Assembly (NCBI GenBank): GCA_041652635.1
Contig: JBAZGW010000001.1
Coordinates: 1 to 62,852 of the forward strand
Origin: Candidatus Omnitrophota bacterium
GTDB lineage: Bacteria > Omnitrophota > Gorgyraeia > Gygaellales > Profunditerraquicolaceae
Direction: 5' to 3'
Length of the DNA: 62,852 nucleotides
Shown: positions 18,251-27,610 of the stretch, one piece after another
Numbering within the stretch: the first letter of the stretch is position 1
Layout of the letters: every line of letters begins with the position of its first letter
Notes under the pieces: model-generated
Told to the model about the DNA's origin: nothing
The model's database searches: none
What the model saw: the letters and a program-made list of their open reading frames with translations, nothing else
Position numbers and translations under genes: made by a program

Positions 18251-19117
18251 TTAAATCGGTATTTCCGGCTGATAAACCAGCCTGTCAATGCCTTGCGCGG
18301 CCAAATCCCGCTCTCTGGGAAGAATATCATTTCTCAAAAACAGCGTATTCCCTTTTTTATAGATCAGCCCGGGCATATTCTTATTCTTCAGCTTAACGCT
18401 ATACCGCAGGCATTTCTTCGAGCAGCTTGAAATAGCGCAAGTGAATTTTTTCGCTTTGCGAAAAGGGTCGGCCGAACAAAGACGGGTTGTGGTGATATAG
18501 GCGAACGGAAAATATAATGAAACCTGAAAACGCCCCTTAGGGATACGGATATTCATCCCCTGGAGCAAATTATCCACTTCCGCCCTGCGGATCCGGTATC
18601 CGGCAAGAAAAGCACGGATAGCGGCTATATTTATATTCGTTTCCTTGAAATAAGCGGCTAAGCCAGCGGGAACTCTTCTCGAAAAGATGATATCGTATCC
18701 GGAGGAAGCTCTTCTTAGAACTACCCGGGGCCTGCCCGCGCCGGAGATCAAACCCGCTATCCGGGGGTCGCGCTTCTGCTTGGTCAAGAGGCGGCCTAAG
18801 ACAGGGCGCAAACCGGGGTATTCTTCATTTATCAGGCTCAACACCCCGTAATCATTGACGATGACTTCGCAGGACTCCCCGTTACCCAGTAAGAAAGAGA
18901 ACAGCTTATCCAGTTTTGCCATCCCGGCATCAGTCACATAAGGCGTCACCAGGGAAAAACCTGTTTTATTCTTCTTGCAGTAATCTCTTACTTTCTCCAC
19001 TTCGGCAACGGCAGGTATTAATTTTTCGCAGAATTCATTACCGAAATATATCCGTCCGTATTCCTGTCCGGCGTATTTTAAATTCTCTGCCCGGGAAATG
19101 AACAAGACCCTTTCCAC
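18251..19117 (-). CDS. UbiV-like small partner of a peptidase-U32 pair (pair c)
   Basis: 288 aa and paralogous to 24862-25710 and 26729-27601. Shared blocks are YFGxEFCxxLIP, (L/V)(T/S)P(Y/F)VT, CEV(I/V)VND(Y/W)GVL and GRLL.(K/Q)Q.R.P, plus a C-terminal C-x13-16-C-x3-C cysteine set. A GTG start is preceded by GGGAGG and overlaps the stop of the large partner by 1 nt. Confidence 0.6.
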   Translation of the reverse strand: MERVLFISRAENLKYAGQEYGRIYFGNEFCEKLIPAVAEVEKVRDYCKKNKTGFSLVTPYVTDAGMAKLDKLFSFLLGNGESCEVIVNDYGVLSLINEEYPGLRPVLGRLLTKQKRDPRIAGLISGAGRPRVVLRRASSGYDIIFSRRVPAGLAAYFKETNINIAAIRAFLAGYRIRRAEVDNLLQGMNIRIPKGRFQVSLYFPFAYITTTRLCSADPFRKAKKFTCAISSCSKKCLRYSVKLKNKNMPGLIYKKGNTLFLRNDILPRERDLAAQGIDRLVYQPEIPI

Positions 19118-20175
19118 TATCCGCCTCCCGCAGTATTAAAAACCGAAGGATAATAGCAGGAAAAACCGGAACACGCGGAGTATTTATAAGTAACGCAGTA
19201 TAACCGCCTGACTTTACGGATAAACTCTTGCCTGCCGATCCCGGGATTATCGGAAAGTATACGCAGGGCGCCGCGCACGAACCCGGTATCAGCGACCTTT
19301 TCCAGCAGGGGCATCCCGCGTTCTACGATTTTAAGGCAGCTTATATTCATAACGGCAAAATCGTATATGGCGCAGGCACCGCAGGACTTCCGGGGTCCCG
19401 CCCCCGGGGCGATTTTCTTCCTCTGAAACGGGGGTTCTTTTACCAGGCGTTCTCCGCTACCGTTTAATACTCGCGCTGAGAAATCCAGCTCACAGCCATG
19501 TCCGCCGTAACCGGGGTCATAAGAACTGTAGAAACGCGTTTTTTTATCTTTACCGCCGGTTTCAGCGGCTATATCCGCGGCATCAAAAGAAAGGCCGTGA
19601 TAAAAAGTACACAGCCCGTCGATATTCGGGCAGCGGGTATTCATTATAAACACCTCCAACTCCCCCTCCGAAGACACCTTCCGGGCTATTCCGGCGATCT
19701 CTTTTATCGTCAGAAGGCGGTCCAGAACCACGCGCGTTACCCCTGCCTTGGCGTAAAAAAGCGCCGCCCTTGAATTAAAGGTCACCCCGCCGGTCCCCAT
19801 ATGCACTTGCGCAAAAACACCCCCCTTACTCAACACAGGCAATAGCCCGATATCAGAGATGATCAGCCCGTCGGCTTTTATATGCTTGAGTTCTTCTATT
19901 ATCTTCATGACCAAAGGGTATTGCTTCTCAGTATACAAACCGTTCATTACCACGAAAACAGGCACACCGGCGCCGTGGGAGAGACGGATCGCTTCGCGCA
20001 GATCATCAAAACAGGAGAAATTGGCCCGGCAGCCTTCTCTGCGGTTAAGGGTATCGAACATGCCGAACTTTTCCTTCCACTCGGCAGGCACTATCCCGCA
20101 ATACAGTTCATCCGCCCCCGCTTTAACCAACGGCAGCACTTCCTTTACTCTTGAGAACGGCGATAATATTTTCAT
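19117..20175 (-). CDS. peptidase-U32-family protein, UbiU-like large partner (pair c)
   Basis: MKILSPFSRVKEVLPLVKAGADELYCG... is a TIM-barrel-type U32 N-terminus. EVFIMNTRCPNIDGLC reproduces the E-x-F-x5-C-x4-G-x-C spacing of the U32 signature. Extra conserved Cys are CGACAIYD and C-x4-C-Y-Y. Start trimmed to the ATG at 20175 by alignment with its two paralogs. Confidence 0.72.
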   Translation of the reverse strand: MKILSPFSRVKEVLPLVKAGADELYCGIVPAEWKEKFGMFDTLNRREGCRANFSCFDDLREAIRLSHGAGVPVFVVMNGLYTEKQYPLVMKIIEELKHIKADGLIISDIGLLPVLSKGGVFAQVHMGTGGVTFNSRAALFYAKAGVTRVVLDRLLTIKEIAGIARKVSSEGELEVFIMNTRCPNIDGLCTFYHGLSFDAADIAAETGGKDKKTRFYSSYDPGYGGHGCELDFSARVLNGSGERLVKEPPFQRKKIAPGAGPRKSCGACAIYDFAVMNISCLKIVERGMPLLEKVADTGFVRGALRILSDNPGIGRQEFIRKVRRLYCVTYKYSACSGFSCYYPSVFNTAGGG

Positions 20176-20219
20176 TGCTAAGCCTTTTATGGCGCCCCGC
20201 GTTTTAAAAACAACCGTTC

Positions 20220-21638
20220 CTATCCCCTCGGGCAAACAGTCCCGTCAGTCTCTTTGATCTTGCGTATTTCTTCATCACACAACGCTTGCCGTCCTGCGCG
20301 GGAATAACATTTCATCAAAAGGAACCTGAGCGCTTTTTTAACGGGAGCGAATTCACAGGCTTTTTTCAAGGCGTTCACCGCTTCTTTATATTGCCCCAGT
20401 TTATAATAACATTCTCCCAATATCTCATAATAGGCCCCGTTACGCTCATCCGATCCTATCGCCCGCAGGGCTTCTCTGAGCGCCGTTGTGTAGCTTCCCC
20501 TCCCGTAATGCCAGCAAAGCACCCGCTCTTTCAGTCTCCGCGTGAATTCATCGCGAAAGATCTTTCTCCTGCTTCGCGGCATGCGGCCGGAGATAATCCC
20601 GTTGAATGCTATCGAAACGGCCTCCCCGCAAGTATTCCTGGCCAAAGAATCCCGCAGATATCGCATCGCTTTCTCTGGATCGCCGGGGCTGAAATTATTA
20701 GATTTGACCAATTCTTCCAGCCACTCCTCACGGCTCAGATAACCGGAGATAAATTCCCGGTAAGCGCTCGCTTTAGGCTCAAATATGGACGGATCAAATA
20801 ATTTACGCGCGCAAGGAAGCTGAAAAGCCAAATGACACTCGCTGCCGGGAGTGCGAAAATAATGTTCCGGCAGGGAGAAACCGATCTTGCGCAAAAGGCG
20901 CATTTTACCGGGTTTATCGTATCCGCAGGCAAGCGGCAGATTGATCTCCATAACATCCGGGCGAAAATCCAGAACACTGGACGGACGCAGGCTCGCCGCG
21001 TGTTCTCTGATAAAACCCGCTGACTTGAACGCGCGCGCGGATAGAACGCGCCCCGAAGCGTTAAAATAGGCGTAATTGTTCCCCACAACGACTTTTTCGA
21101 TCCCCAAAAGCGCGGCGGCTTTTTCCATCCCCCACCAAAGGAACGACTGATCCCCCACTCCGCATAATTTGCACCAGGGATAATCGGCGATCACCCGGTC
21201 CTCCACTTTGTTCAGGTCGGCGTAATCCGACAAAAAAACAGCTTTCAGGTCTATTTTCACTTTTATCAAAGGGATACGATACTTAGCGATGAACTTTTCC
21301 GCATTGCCTTCGATCGCCGGCCTGCTCCAGCCGAAGTCGAACATAAGCGCGGTCACGTCCAACTTTAATTCTTTTTTCGCCAGGTATAAAGCAAGCGTAC
21401 TGTCCGTGCCTCCGGAATACAGCGCGAGCACCTTAGAATGCTTCTTATAATTCAGGAATAACCGGAGTTGCCGCTTCCATAACCTCGCGCGATCATTCCC
21501 GCTTACGGACAAACTACCCGCGCATTCACGGCAAAGCCCGGAAGGAACAGCGTTTTTCTTAGCCGCCTCCGCCGGATAAAGCAGGCAATGCCCGCATACT
21601 TTGGTTAAAGGCACAAAATCAGGATTATTTCTTGCCAT
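20220..21638 (-). CDS. zinc-ribbon / PP-loop ATP pyrophosphatase / TPR fusion protein
   Basis: N-terminal CGHC...CREC, PP-loop LALYSGGTDSTLALY, PWCKLCG, and C-terminal TPR repeats (YYEILGECYYKLGQYKEAVNALKKACEFAP...). The ATG at 21638 is preceded by GAGGGG. Confidence 0.65.
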   Translation of the reverse strand: MARNNPDFVPLTKVCGHCLLYPAEAAKKNAVPSGLCRECAGSLSVSGNDRARLWKRQLRLFLNYKKHSKVLALYSGGTDSTLALYLAKKELKLDVTALMFDFGWSRPAIEGNAEKFIAKYRIPLIKVKIDLKAVFLSDYADLNKVEDRVIADYPWCKLCGVGDQSFLWWGMEKAAALLGIEKVVVGNNYAYFNASGRVLSARAFKSAGFIREHAASLRPSSVLDFRPDVMEINLPLACGYDKPGKMRLLRKIGFSLPEHYFRTPGSECHLAFQLPCARKLFDPSIFEPKASAYREFISGYLSREEWLEELVKSNNFSPGDPEKAMRYLRDSLARNTCGEAVSIAFNGIISGRMPRSRRKIFRDEFTRRLKERVLCWHYGRGSYTTALREALRAIGSDERNGAYYEILGECYYKLGQYKEAVNALKKACEFAPVKKALRFLLMKCYSRAGRQALCDEEIRKIKETDGTVCPRG

Positions 21639-21672
21639 CAATGCCCCTCGAAGATTACTGCGCGAAAAAAAC

Positions 21673-23121
21673 TCACTGTTCTCCGTTCAAATGCGCCCTG
21701 GCCAGTCCGCGGTAACACTTCAGGTTAAAAACAGTGTCCTTATCATCGGCGAACGCCCCAAGCGCAGCCTCATAAATATCCTCCGCCAAACGGCTATGCC
21801 CTGTCTTCTCATATTGCCCAGCCAGGTTTAACAAATACTCCCTCTTTATGCCCTGGAGGCCGTAAACACGCAGGAACTTTCTAAGGATAAGGCCCGCTTT
21901 AGGCTCCTGACGGGATAAAAGGCAGTCCTTCTGCAATTTAAAATAAGGGTCTGTAAAACCGCAATGCCTATGCAAGGCTCCCGGCACCGTGACAATGACG
22001 GACGGGATACGCAATACCGGATGAGTAACCTCGGTTACGATCACGGGCAGGCCGTGATATTCGAGTTTCTTCACGGCAGTCATTATTTCACTCCTGAAAT
22101 TACCGTCCGCGTGATCGGGCAGAGAGGAGAATGGGACCGGTTTTGTCTTCTTGCACAAGTATTCCGCCTCTAAGAAAGAACAATAAAAAGAGAATCCGCA
22201 GCTTCTGTATAAACACGTTTGCCGGGATAACCCCTGGCTTCTGTTCTGCGCCAGTTCGCTGAGGGCGCGCAGCAAAGCGATATCCCTGGAGACGGAGGCC
22301 CCCGCGGCGGCGTTGAAGCGCGCCGCACCCCTGGATGCCCGGTCATAAACCAACACCCCGACCGTTGGGACGCCGATCTTATGGGAAAAATCCCGGATGA
22401 ACAGCCTAAGCCCCGACTTAACGAAACGCGAAATAATGTCCCGCGCGGCGTTGTTCTTCACGGAAACAACGTCCACTAAAGGCGTGATTATTCTATTCCC
22501 GACGATATCCGCGATGTTATGGCGTTCAATAACCTCGCATAACCCCTGCAACACCGCCTCTTCCAGGCAGTTCCCGGAAGCAAACCCGTTCGTGGTCGAA
22601 GTGAACCAGTCCAGCGGGAATAAAAACGGCTTATTTTCAGTTAAGGAGAACGAGTGGTATAATTTCAGAGGCCGCTTTTTGAGCTCTCCGCAGATAAAAC
22701 GGTCTTTGCGATAGCGCTCCTGCCAGGAAAAAGGGATGATCCTTACAGCCCGCTTATGATCTTCGCCACCCTGAAAACCTGCCCTGTAATTACTTTTATT
22801 ATCTAGAAACGCCTGACAACTGAAACGCTCCACGAATTCCATCAACGCGCTTGCCTTGGATAACTCCGCGTTCCTGCCCTTTCCGTAAGAGATACGCTTA
22901 AAAAACTCGCCTTCCGCGAAACCATCCTTAGCCTTAACGGTAATTTCACACTTATACACCGGAAGGCGCAAGACATCGCAGGCATCGATCCTCTTTAGCG
23001 CCACCCCCAGCGGCGGAGAGAGTTTACGCAGAGCGGACAAGGCGCGCCGCACAGTCTCGCCCGCGGGAAGAGATTTACCCGCAAGCTCTCCCCGGCCCCT
23101 AACGATATTACTTAGTTTCAT
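21673..23121 (-). CDS. YcaO-domain protein with C-terminal TPR region (YcaO-2)
   Basis: YcaO hallmarks SYGKGRNAELSKASALMEFVERFS and TTNGFASGNCLEEAVLQGLCEVIERH. The C-terminal helical repeats end in ...CYRGLARAHL. No adjacent E1-like, Ocin-ThiF-like or TfuA gene. Confidence 0.85.
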   Translation of the reverse strand: MKLSNIVRGRGELAGKSLPAGETVRRALSALRKLSPPLGVALKRIDACDVLRLPVYKCEITVKAKDGFAEGEFFKRISYGKGRNAELSKASALMEFVERFSCQAFLDNKSNYRAGFQGGEDHKRAVRIIPFSWQERYRKDRFICGELKKRPLKLYHSFSLTENKPFLFPLDWFTSTTNGFASGNCLEEAVLQGLCEVIERHNIADIVGNRIITPLVDVVSVKNNAARDIISRFVKSGLRLFIRDFSHKIGVPTVGVLVYDRASRGAARFNAAAGASVSRDIALLRALSELAQNRSQGLSRQTCLYRSCGFSFYCSFLEAEYLCKKTKPVPFSSLPDHADGNFRSEIMTAVKKLEYHGLPVIVTEVTHPVLRIPSVIVTVPGALHRHCGFTDPYFKLQKDCLLSRQEPKAGLILRKFLRVYGLQGIKREYLLNLAGQYEKTGHSRLAEDIYEAALGAFADDKDTVFNLKCYRGLARAHLNGEQ

Positions 23122-24856
23122 AATTCTCCTTCATCAGCTGGTAATGAAAGAACTCCGCGTAAGCCCGCTCATTAAGCAACATCTTCTCATGCGCGCCTTC
23201 GGCCGCCAGGCAGCCGTCTTTTATGAAGAATATTCTTTCGGCGCCGCGAATGGATGAAAGCCGGTGAGAGACCACAAGCGTGGATAATCCTTGCCGCTCT
23301 TCCCTAAGCGCGGCAAATATCTTTTCCTCGGTCCGGGTGTCTATCGAAGATGTCGCTTCATCAAGAATAAGTATGCTCGGCTTGCGGTATACCGCGCGGG
23401 CTATCGCGATCCTCTGCTTTATCCCCTGAGACAAACGGCATCCGTCGTCCCCGATCATCGTCTCATAACCCCGCGGTAAACTCAGGATATATTCATGCAA
23501 CGCGGCGGTCCTGGCGGAAGAAAAGACAGCCTCTTCGTTTACCTGACCCAGGATGCAGCTGATATTCTCCGCGATAGAGGCGTTGAACAAAGCCGGCTGC
23601 TGCGTGGATAAGGAAATAACACTCCGCAAGTCGTAAGGATGTATATCTTCCAAATTCAAGCCGTCCAAAGTTATAGCCCCTTCCCAAAGCGGAGCATATA
23701 ATCTAAGCAAGAGATTGATAATAGTGGTCTTTCCGCATCCTGAAGGCCCGGCAAAAGCCGTAAAAGAAGCCGGCGGGATACGCAGATTAAGCCGTTTAAG
23801 CACCGGATAATCCTTGCTGTAGCCGAAAGAAACATCCGTAAAGCAGAATTCTCCTTTGGCCGATGACAACCGCCCGGCAGCAGCGCTTGCGGGTCCGGAA
23901 ATATCAGCGTCCAATACAAAAAGGACATTACGCATAAAAACTAATGACCTTCCGGAAGATAATAGCCTTTCCGCCAATGAATTAAGGCTTCCGGCGGCCA
24001 AAGCCGCATAGGCCATGATCACCGTGTATTCCCCGAAAGTCAACCCTCCGCGGACGACCCGCAGGCCGCCGTATAACGCGATCACCGCGCCTACCGCCCC
24101 TGTCCATAATGACGCCGCGGCGGAAACGAATAAATTCCAGCGCATACTTTTCCTTTCGGAAAATATGCTTTCCCGCAAAAAACCTAAAAAACGGTCCATC
24201 CGGTATGGTTCAAGATGCAAGGCTTTAATGACCCTCATCCGCGACAAAGACTCCGCGAACTCCGCCGCAAGGGACGCGTTCTTCCCCCAAAACTGCTGAT
24301 AGACATCATTCGTTTTGCGGCGGATCAAGGCCCCCTGCAACACAAGCAGGAGCAGGGAGCCCGCCAATAATACCGCCATACCCGCGTCCAGATACAGACA
24401 GACAAATGTTATCGCGATCAGCTTGAACGACTCGGCTAAAATAGCCGGGGCCTGCTCGCAGACAAAATCCGGCAACACGGCGATATCCGAAAAACGGAAA
24501 GAATTCTCTCCCGGAGATGTATTCTCAAAATAAGCCATATCAAAAGAATATAGTTTCTCCGCGAAACGCTGCCCCAAAGCGGACCGCATCCCGGTATATA
24601 TCCTATTGCGAAGCATATCCCCGGAAACCTTCAACAACATCCCCCAAAGGAATAACCCGAGAGACCCCGAAAAGAACAAGACAAACTTCCCCATATCCCT
24701 GCCGAGAAAAGCGCCATCGACCAGAAAACGCAGGAAATAAGGAATAACAAGGAAAGAGAGCGACGACAAAATGACAAAAACGGACAGAACGGCTATCCGC
24801 GCTTTGTATTCTTTCATTATCCTCACCAGAATATTTGCTGGACAGCTATTAGGCAT
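23108..24856 (-). CDS. ABC exporter, fused permease-ATPase (type I exporter, no C39 peptidase domain)
   Basis: The N-terminal six-TM domain is followed by Walker A GPSGCGKTT, signature LSQGIKQRIAIARA and Walker B ILILDEATSSID. The start could instead be the internal Met at 24817. Confidence 0.9.
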   Translation of the reverse strand: MPNSCPANILVRIMKEYKARIAVLSVFVILSSLSFLVIPYFLRFLVDGAFLGRDMGKFVLFFSGSLGLFLWGMLLKVSGDMLRNRIYTGMRSALGQRFAEKLYSFDMAYFENTSPGENSFRFSDIAVLPDFVCEQAPAILAESFKLIAITFVCLYLDAGMAVLLAGSLLLLVLQGALIRRKTNDVYQQFWGKNASLAAEFAESLSRMRVIKALHLEPYRMDRFLGFLRESIFSERKSMRWNLFVSAAASLWTGAVGAVIALYGGLRVVRGGLTFGEYTVIMAYAALAAGSLNSLAERLLSSGRSLVFMRNVLFVLDADISGPASAAAGRLSSAKGEFCFTDVSFGYSKDYPVLKRLNLRIPPASFTAFAGPSGCGKTTIINLLLRLYAPLWEGAITLDGLNLEDIHPYDLRSVISLSTQQPALFNASIAENISCILGQVNEEAVFSSARTAALHEYILSLPRGYETMIGDDGCRLSQGIKQRIAIARAVYRKPSILILDEATSSIDTRTEEKIFAALREERQGLSTLVVSHRLSSIRGAERIFFIKDGCLAAEGAHEKMLLNERAYAEFFHYQLMKENYETK

Positions 24857-24861
24857 GATAT

Positions 24862-25710
24862 TTAATCCTTAAGTAACCCCGGTTGAACCACCAGACGGTC
24901 GACTTCCCGCAGCAATTTATCACCCGGACGGACGGGATTCATATAAAACAGCGTATTGCCTTTTTTAAAAAGCGGCCTCGCGCAAGATACGGAACGAAGC
25001 CGGTCGTAAAACTTAAGGCATTCCCTGCGGCAAACATTGATCCTGCGGATCTTTTGCGACTTTGAAAGCATCGGGCAGAACCTCCCGCTGGAAACGTTCA
25101 CGAAAGGCGTATATAAAGATTTCTTTAACTTTATCCCGGAGAAATCAACCCCTTGCAGCAGATTATTGAACTCAACGCGTTTAACGGAAAATCCCCGCAG
25201 GAATTCCTGCGCTAAACCCGTATTAGCGTAAGACGACTTTATAGCGCGCTGATAAGCCTTGGAAGGAAGTTTATGAAAGAATACCGCCAGGCTCCCGTTC
25301 TCGCGGCGCGCCAGGACCGGAGCCTGCCGATTTATGATCCTCTCCAATTCCGGCTCACGAAGCTGCTGCACCAGTAATCTTCCCATAACTATGCTGAAAT
25401 CTCCTTTAAATTCACGTTCAAGCAGGTTTAACACTCCCCAGTCATTAACTACGACCTCGCAGGCGAAAGCTTCCCGGCGTAAGAACGAAAACACTTTCCT
25501 CAGCCTGCTTAAACCGCTTTCGGTGACGAACGGGCTCAAAAAAGTAAAACCTGATCCCCTATCCCGGCAGAGATCAAGCACGCGCTTTGTCTTTTCATTC
25601 ACCGGTATTAAATTCTGGCAAAACTCATGCCCCCAGTAAATCCTTTTCGCGGCGCCAAGTTTCACATTCCCAAGATCAGCTGACGAAGTTAAATGCAAGG
25701 CTATTTCCAT
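24862..25710 (-). CDS. UbiV-like small partner of a peptidase-U32 pair (pair b)
   Basis: YWGHEFCQNLIP, LSPFVTESG, CEVVVNDWGVL, GRLLVQQLREP and C-terminal FCP...VCRREC. Start moved to the ATG at 25710; the track start is a TTG. Confidence 0.6.
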   Translation of the reverse strand: MEIALHLTSSADLGNVKLGAAKRIYWGHEFCQNLIPVNEKTKRVLDLCRDRGSGFTFLSPFVTESGLSRLRKVFSFLRREAFACEVVVNDWGVLNLLEREFKGDFSIVMGRLLVQQLREPELERIINRQAPVLARRENGSLAVFFHKLPSKAYQRAIKSSYANTGLAQEFLRGFSVKRVEFNNLLQGVDFSGIKLKKSLYTPFVNVSSGRFCPMLSKSQKIRRINVCRRECLKFYDRLRSVSCARPLFKKGNTLFYMNPVRPGDKLLREVDRLVVQPGLLKD

Positions 25711-26717
25711 GAATAATAACAATCCTCCCGCCCACAAGAGACCTTAAATGTTTTTTTGAACATACCGCGGCAAATAGCGTTAAAATCCTCCCTGCGTATC
25801 CCTTCTTTCACACGCAAAAGATGCGCGCAGGAGCGGATAAAACTGGTGGCTTTAACTTTTTCTCCGATCGGCAGGCTTCTGTCCAAAACTTTTAAAGAAC
25901 TGACCCCGCAGCGGCTGAGGTCATATATGGCGCAGGCCCCGCAGCCCTCGATATGCTTATTTCCCCAAAAAGTGAAATTAACGGTTTTTTTAGTCCTCAT
26001 CCTCCCACCGGGATAAAATGTTTCCTTGGTAAAAACATTCCGGCATCCGCCTCTTGGTCCTTTAACCGGCAGACGCGAGGCGACGAAAAGATCGACTCCT
26101 TTCACGGGCTTTCCCTCCCGGATAGAAACCCCGGACTGCTCTTTGCAATACCCGCACAATCCGTCCTCGAAATAGCAAAGGTCGTGGATAATAAAACACT
26201 CGTATTCAACGCCCTTATCCAGAGAGGTTATCTCTTCTATCTCTTTAAGAGTAAGCGACCGCGGTAAAACTATCCGGGTTACCCCGAGGCTTTTGTAGAA
26301 ATCAACAGCGGAACTGTTAAACACAACGGCATCCGTGCCGGAAATGATCTCTTTCCCCCGCAGGTCCAGCCTGTTCAACAAAGAAAACAACACCGGGTCG
26401 GAAATGATCACCCCGTCGGCTCCCAAAGAAAACACCCTGGAAATTATCTTAAGCGCCGCTTCATATTGCCCGGGAAGATAAAAAAAAGCGTTCAACGCCA
26501 CATGGACGCGCGTTTTACGCCGATGGGCGCAGAGAACGGCCCTTTCGAAGCCGGCGAATGTGCGAAAGTTCTCTTCCCGCGCCCGCTGATTAACGCACAA
26601 CCCCCCGAATTCAGCCGCCCATTCCGCGGGCTCGACCCCGCAAAAGAATTCATCCGCCCCGGCATCACAAAGAGGAGAAACCTCGGCTTCAGAGGTAAGA
26701 GGGGCTTTTATTTTCAT
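25701..26717 (-). CDS. peptidase-U32-family protein, UbiU-like large partner (pair b)
   Basis: MKIKAPLTSEAEVSPLCDAGADEFFCG...; ECFIIHDLCYFEDGLC (U32 signature spacing); CGACAIYD; C-terminal C-x4-C-Y-Y. Start trimmed to the ATG at 26717 by paralog alignment. Confidence 0.72.
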   Translation of the reverse strand: MKIKAPLTSEAEVSPLCDAGADEFFCGVEPAEWAAEFGGLCVNQRAREENFRTFAGFERAVLCAHRRKTRVHVALNAFFYLPGQYEAALKIISRVFSLGADGVIISDPVLFSLLNRLDLRGKEIISGTDAVVFNSSAVDFYKSLGVTRIVLPRSLTLKEIEEITSLDKGVEYECFIIHDLCYFEDGLCGYCKEQSGVSIREGKPVKGVDLFVASRLPVKGPRGGCRNVFTKETFYPGGRMRTKKTVNFTFWGNKHIEGCGACAIYDLSRCGVSSLKVLDRSLPIGEKVKATSFIRSCAHLLRVKEGIRREDFNAICRGMFKKTFKVSCGREDCYYSWK

Positions 26718-26728
26718 AACCAAACTGC

Positions 26729-27601
26729 TCACAATAAGGCGTCCGGGCAATAAACGATACGGTTAACGGATTGCCGTTGCCCCTGTTCCAGGCAAAACCG
26801 GCTGTTCTTATAAAACAAGCTGTTGCCCTTCAAATAAATGATTTTCGGCATAGCCTTATGCCGAAGCTTAAAAAAATATTTTCCGCACTCCCGGCGGCAT
26901 TCCCTGCTATGGCTATGAGGATGCGCGGCGCACCCCGCGGTCGGGCATAAAAAAGTCGTGCTGATATAAACATACGGCAGGTAAAGGGAAACCGCGATAT
27001 TGCTCGCGCCCAACTCCAGATGCAGTCCCTGGGCGGTATTATCCAATTCAATCCTTGCGACCCGGTTCTCTGTCAGGAAATCCTGGATAACGGCGACACT
27101 GGAAACGTTTGACCCTTTATAATAAGCATCCAGAGACCGCGGCAGCTGCTTCGGAAAAACAACGATTTTCTTCCCCCCGGAAGACTTATTAACGACACAA
27201 AAAGGAACCGGCTTCCGGGACCTGGAAAGCAACCGCTCCAATTCCGGGCTTCTTTTTTGCTTTGTCAGCAACCGGCCCAGGACCGGGACAAGAGAGCCGT
27301 ACCGCCTGTTCAACAGCCGCAAAACACCCCAGTCATTAACAATCACTTCGCAAGGAGCGCCGGTTAGCGAGGCCTCTTCGAAGAGCGGCCGTAAAGCGCG
27401 TATACCTTTATTCGTTACGTAAGGCGTTAACAGAGAGAAAGACAGATTATGCCCGCGCGCGTATCTAAATGCCTCCTTAAGGTCTCCCGCCTCAGGGATA
27501 AGCTTCTGGCAGAATTCACTCCCGAAATATAAACGGTCATATCCGGCAAAGCTGATCAGCCGTAATTGCGCGCGGGTATTCACCATTACCGCTTTTTCCA
27601 T
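26729..27601 (-). CDS. UbiV-like small partner of a peptidase-U32 pair (pair a)
   Basis: YFGSEFCQKLIP, LTPYVTNKG, CEVIVNDWGVL, GRLLTKQKRSP and C-terminal LCPTAGC...ECRREC. The ATG is preceded by GAGGGGGG. Confidence 0.6.
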   Translation of the reverse strand: MEKAVMVNTRAQLRLISFAGYDRLYFGSEFCQKLIPEAGDLKEAFRYARGHNLSFSLLTPYVTNKGIRALRPLFEEASLTGAPCEVIVNDWGVLRLLNRRYGSLVPVLGRLLTKQKRSPELERLLSRSRKPVPFCVVNKSSGGKKIVVFPKQLPRSLDAYYKGSNVSSVAVIQDFLTENRVARIELDNTAQGLHLELGASNIAVSLYLPYVYISTTFLCPTAGCAAHPHSHSRECRRECGKYFFKLRHKAMPKIIYLKGNSLFYKNSRFCLEQGQRQSVNRIVYCPDALL

Positions 27602-27610
27602 AGTCCCCCC

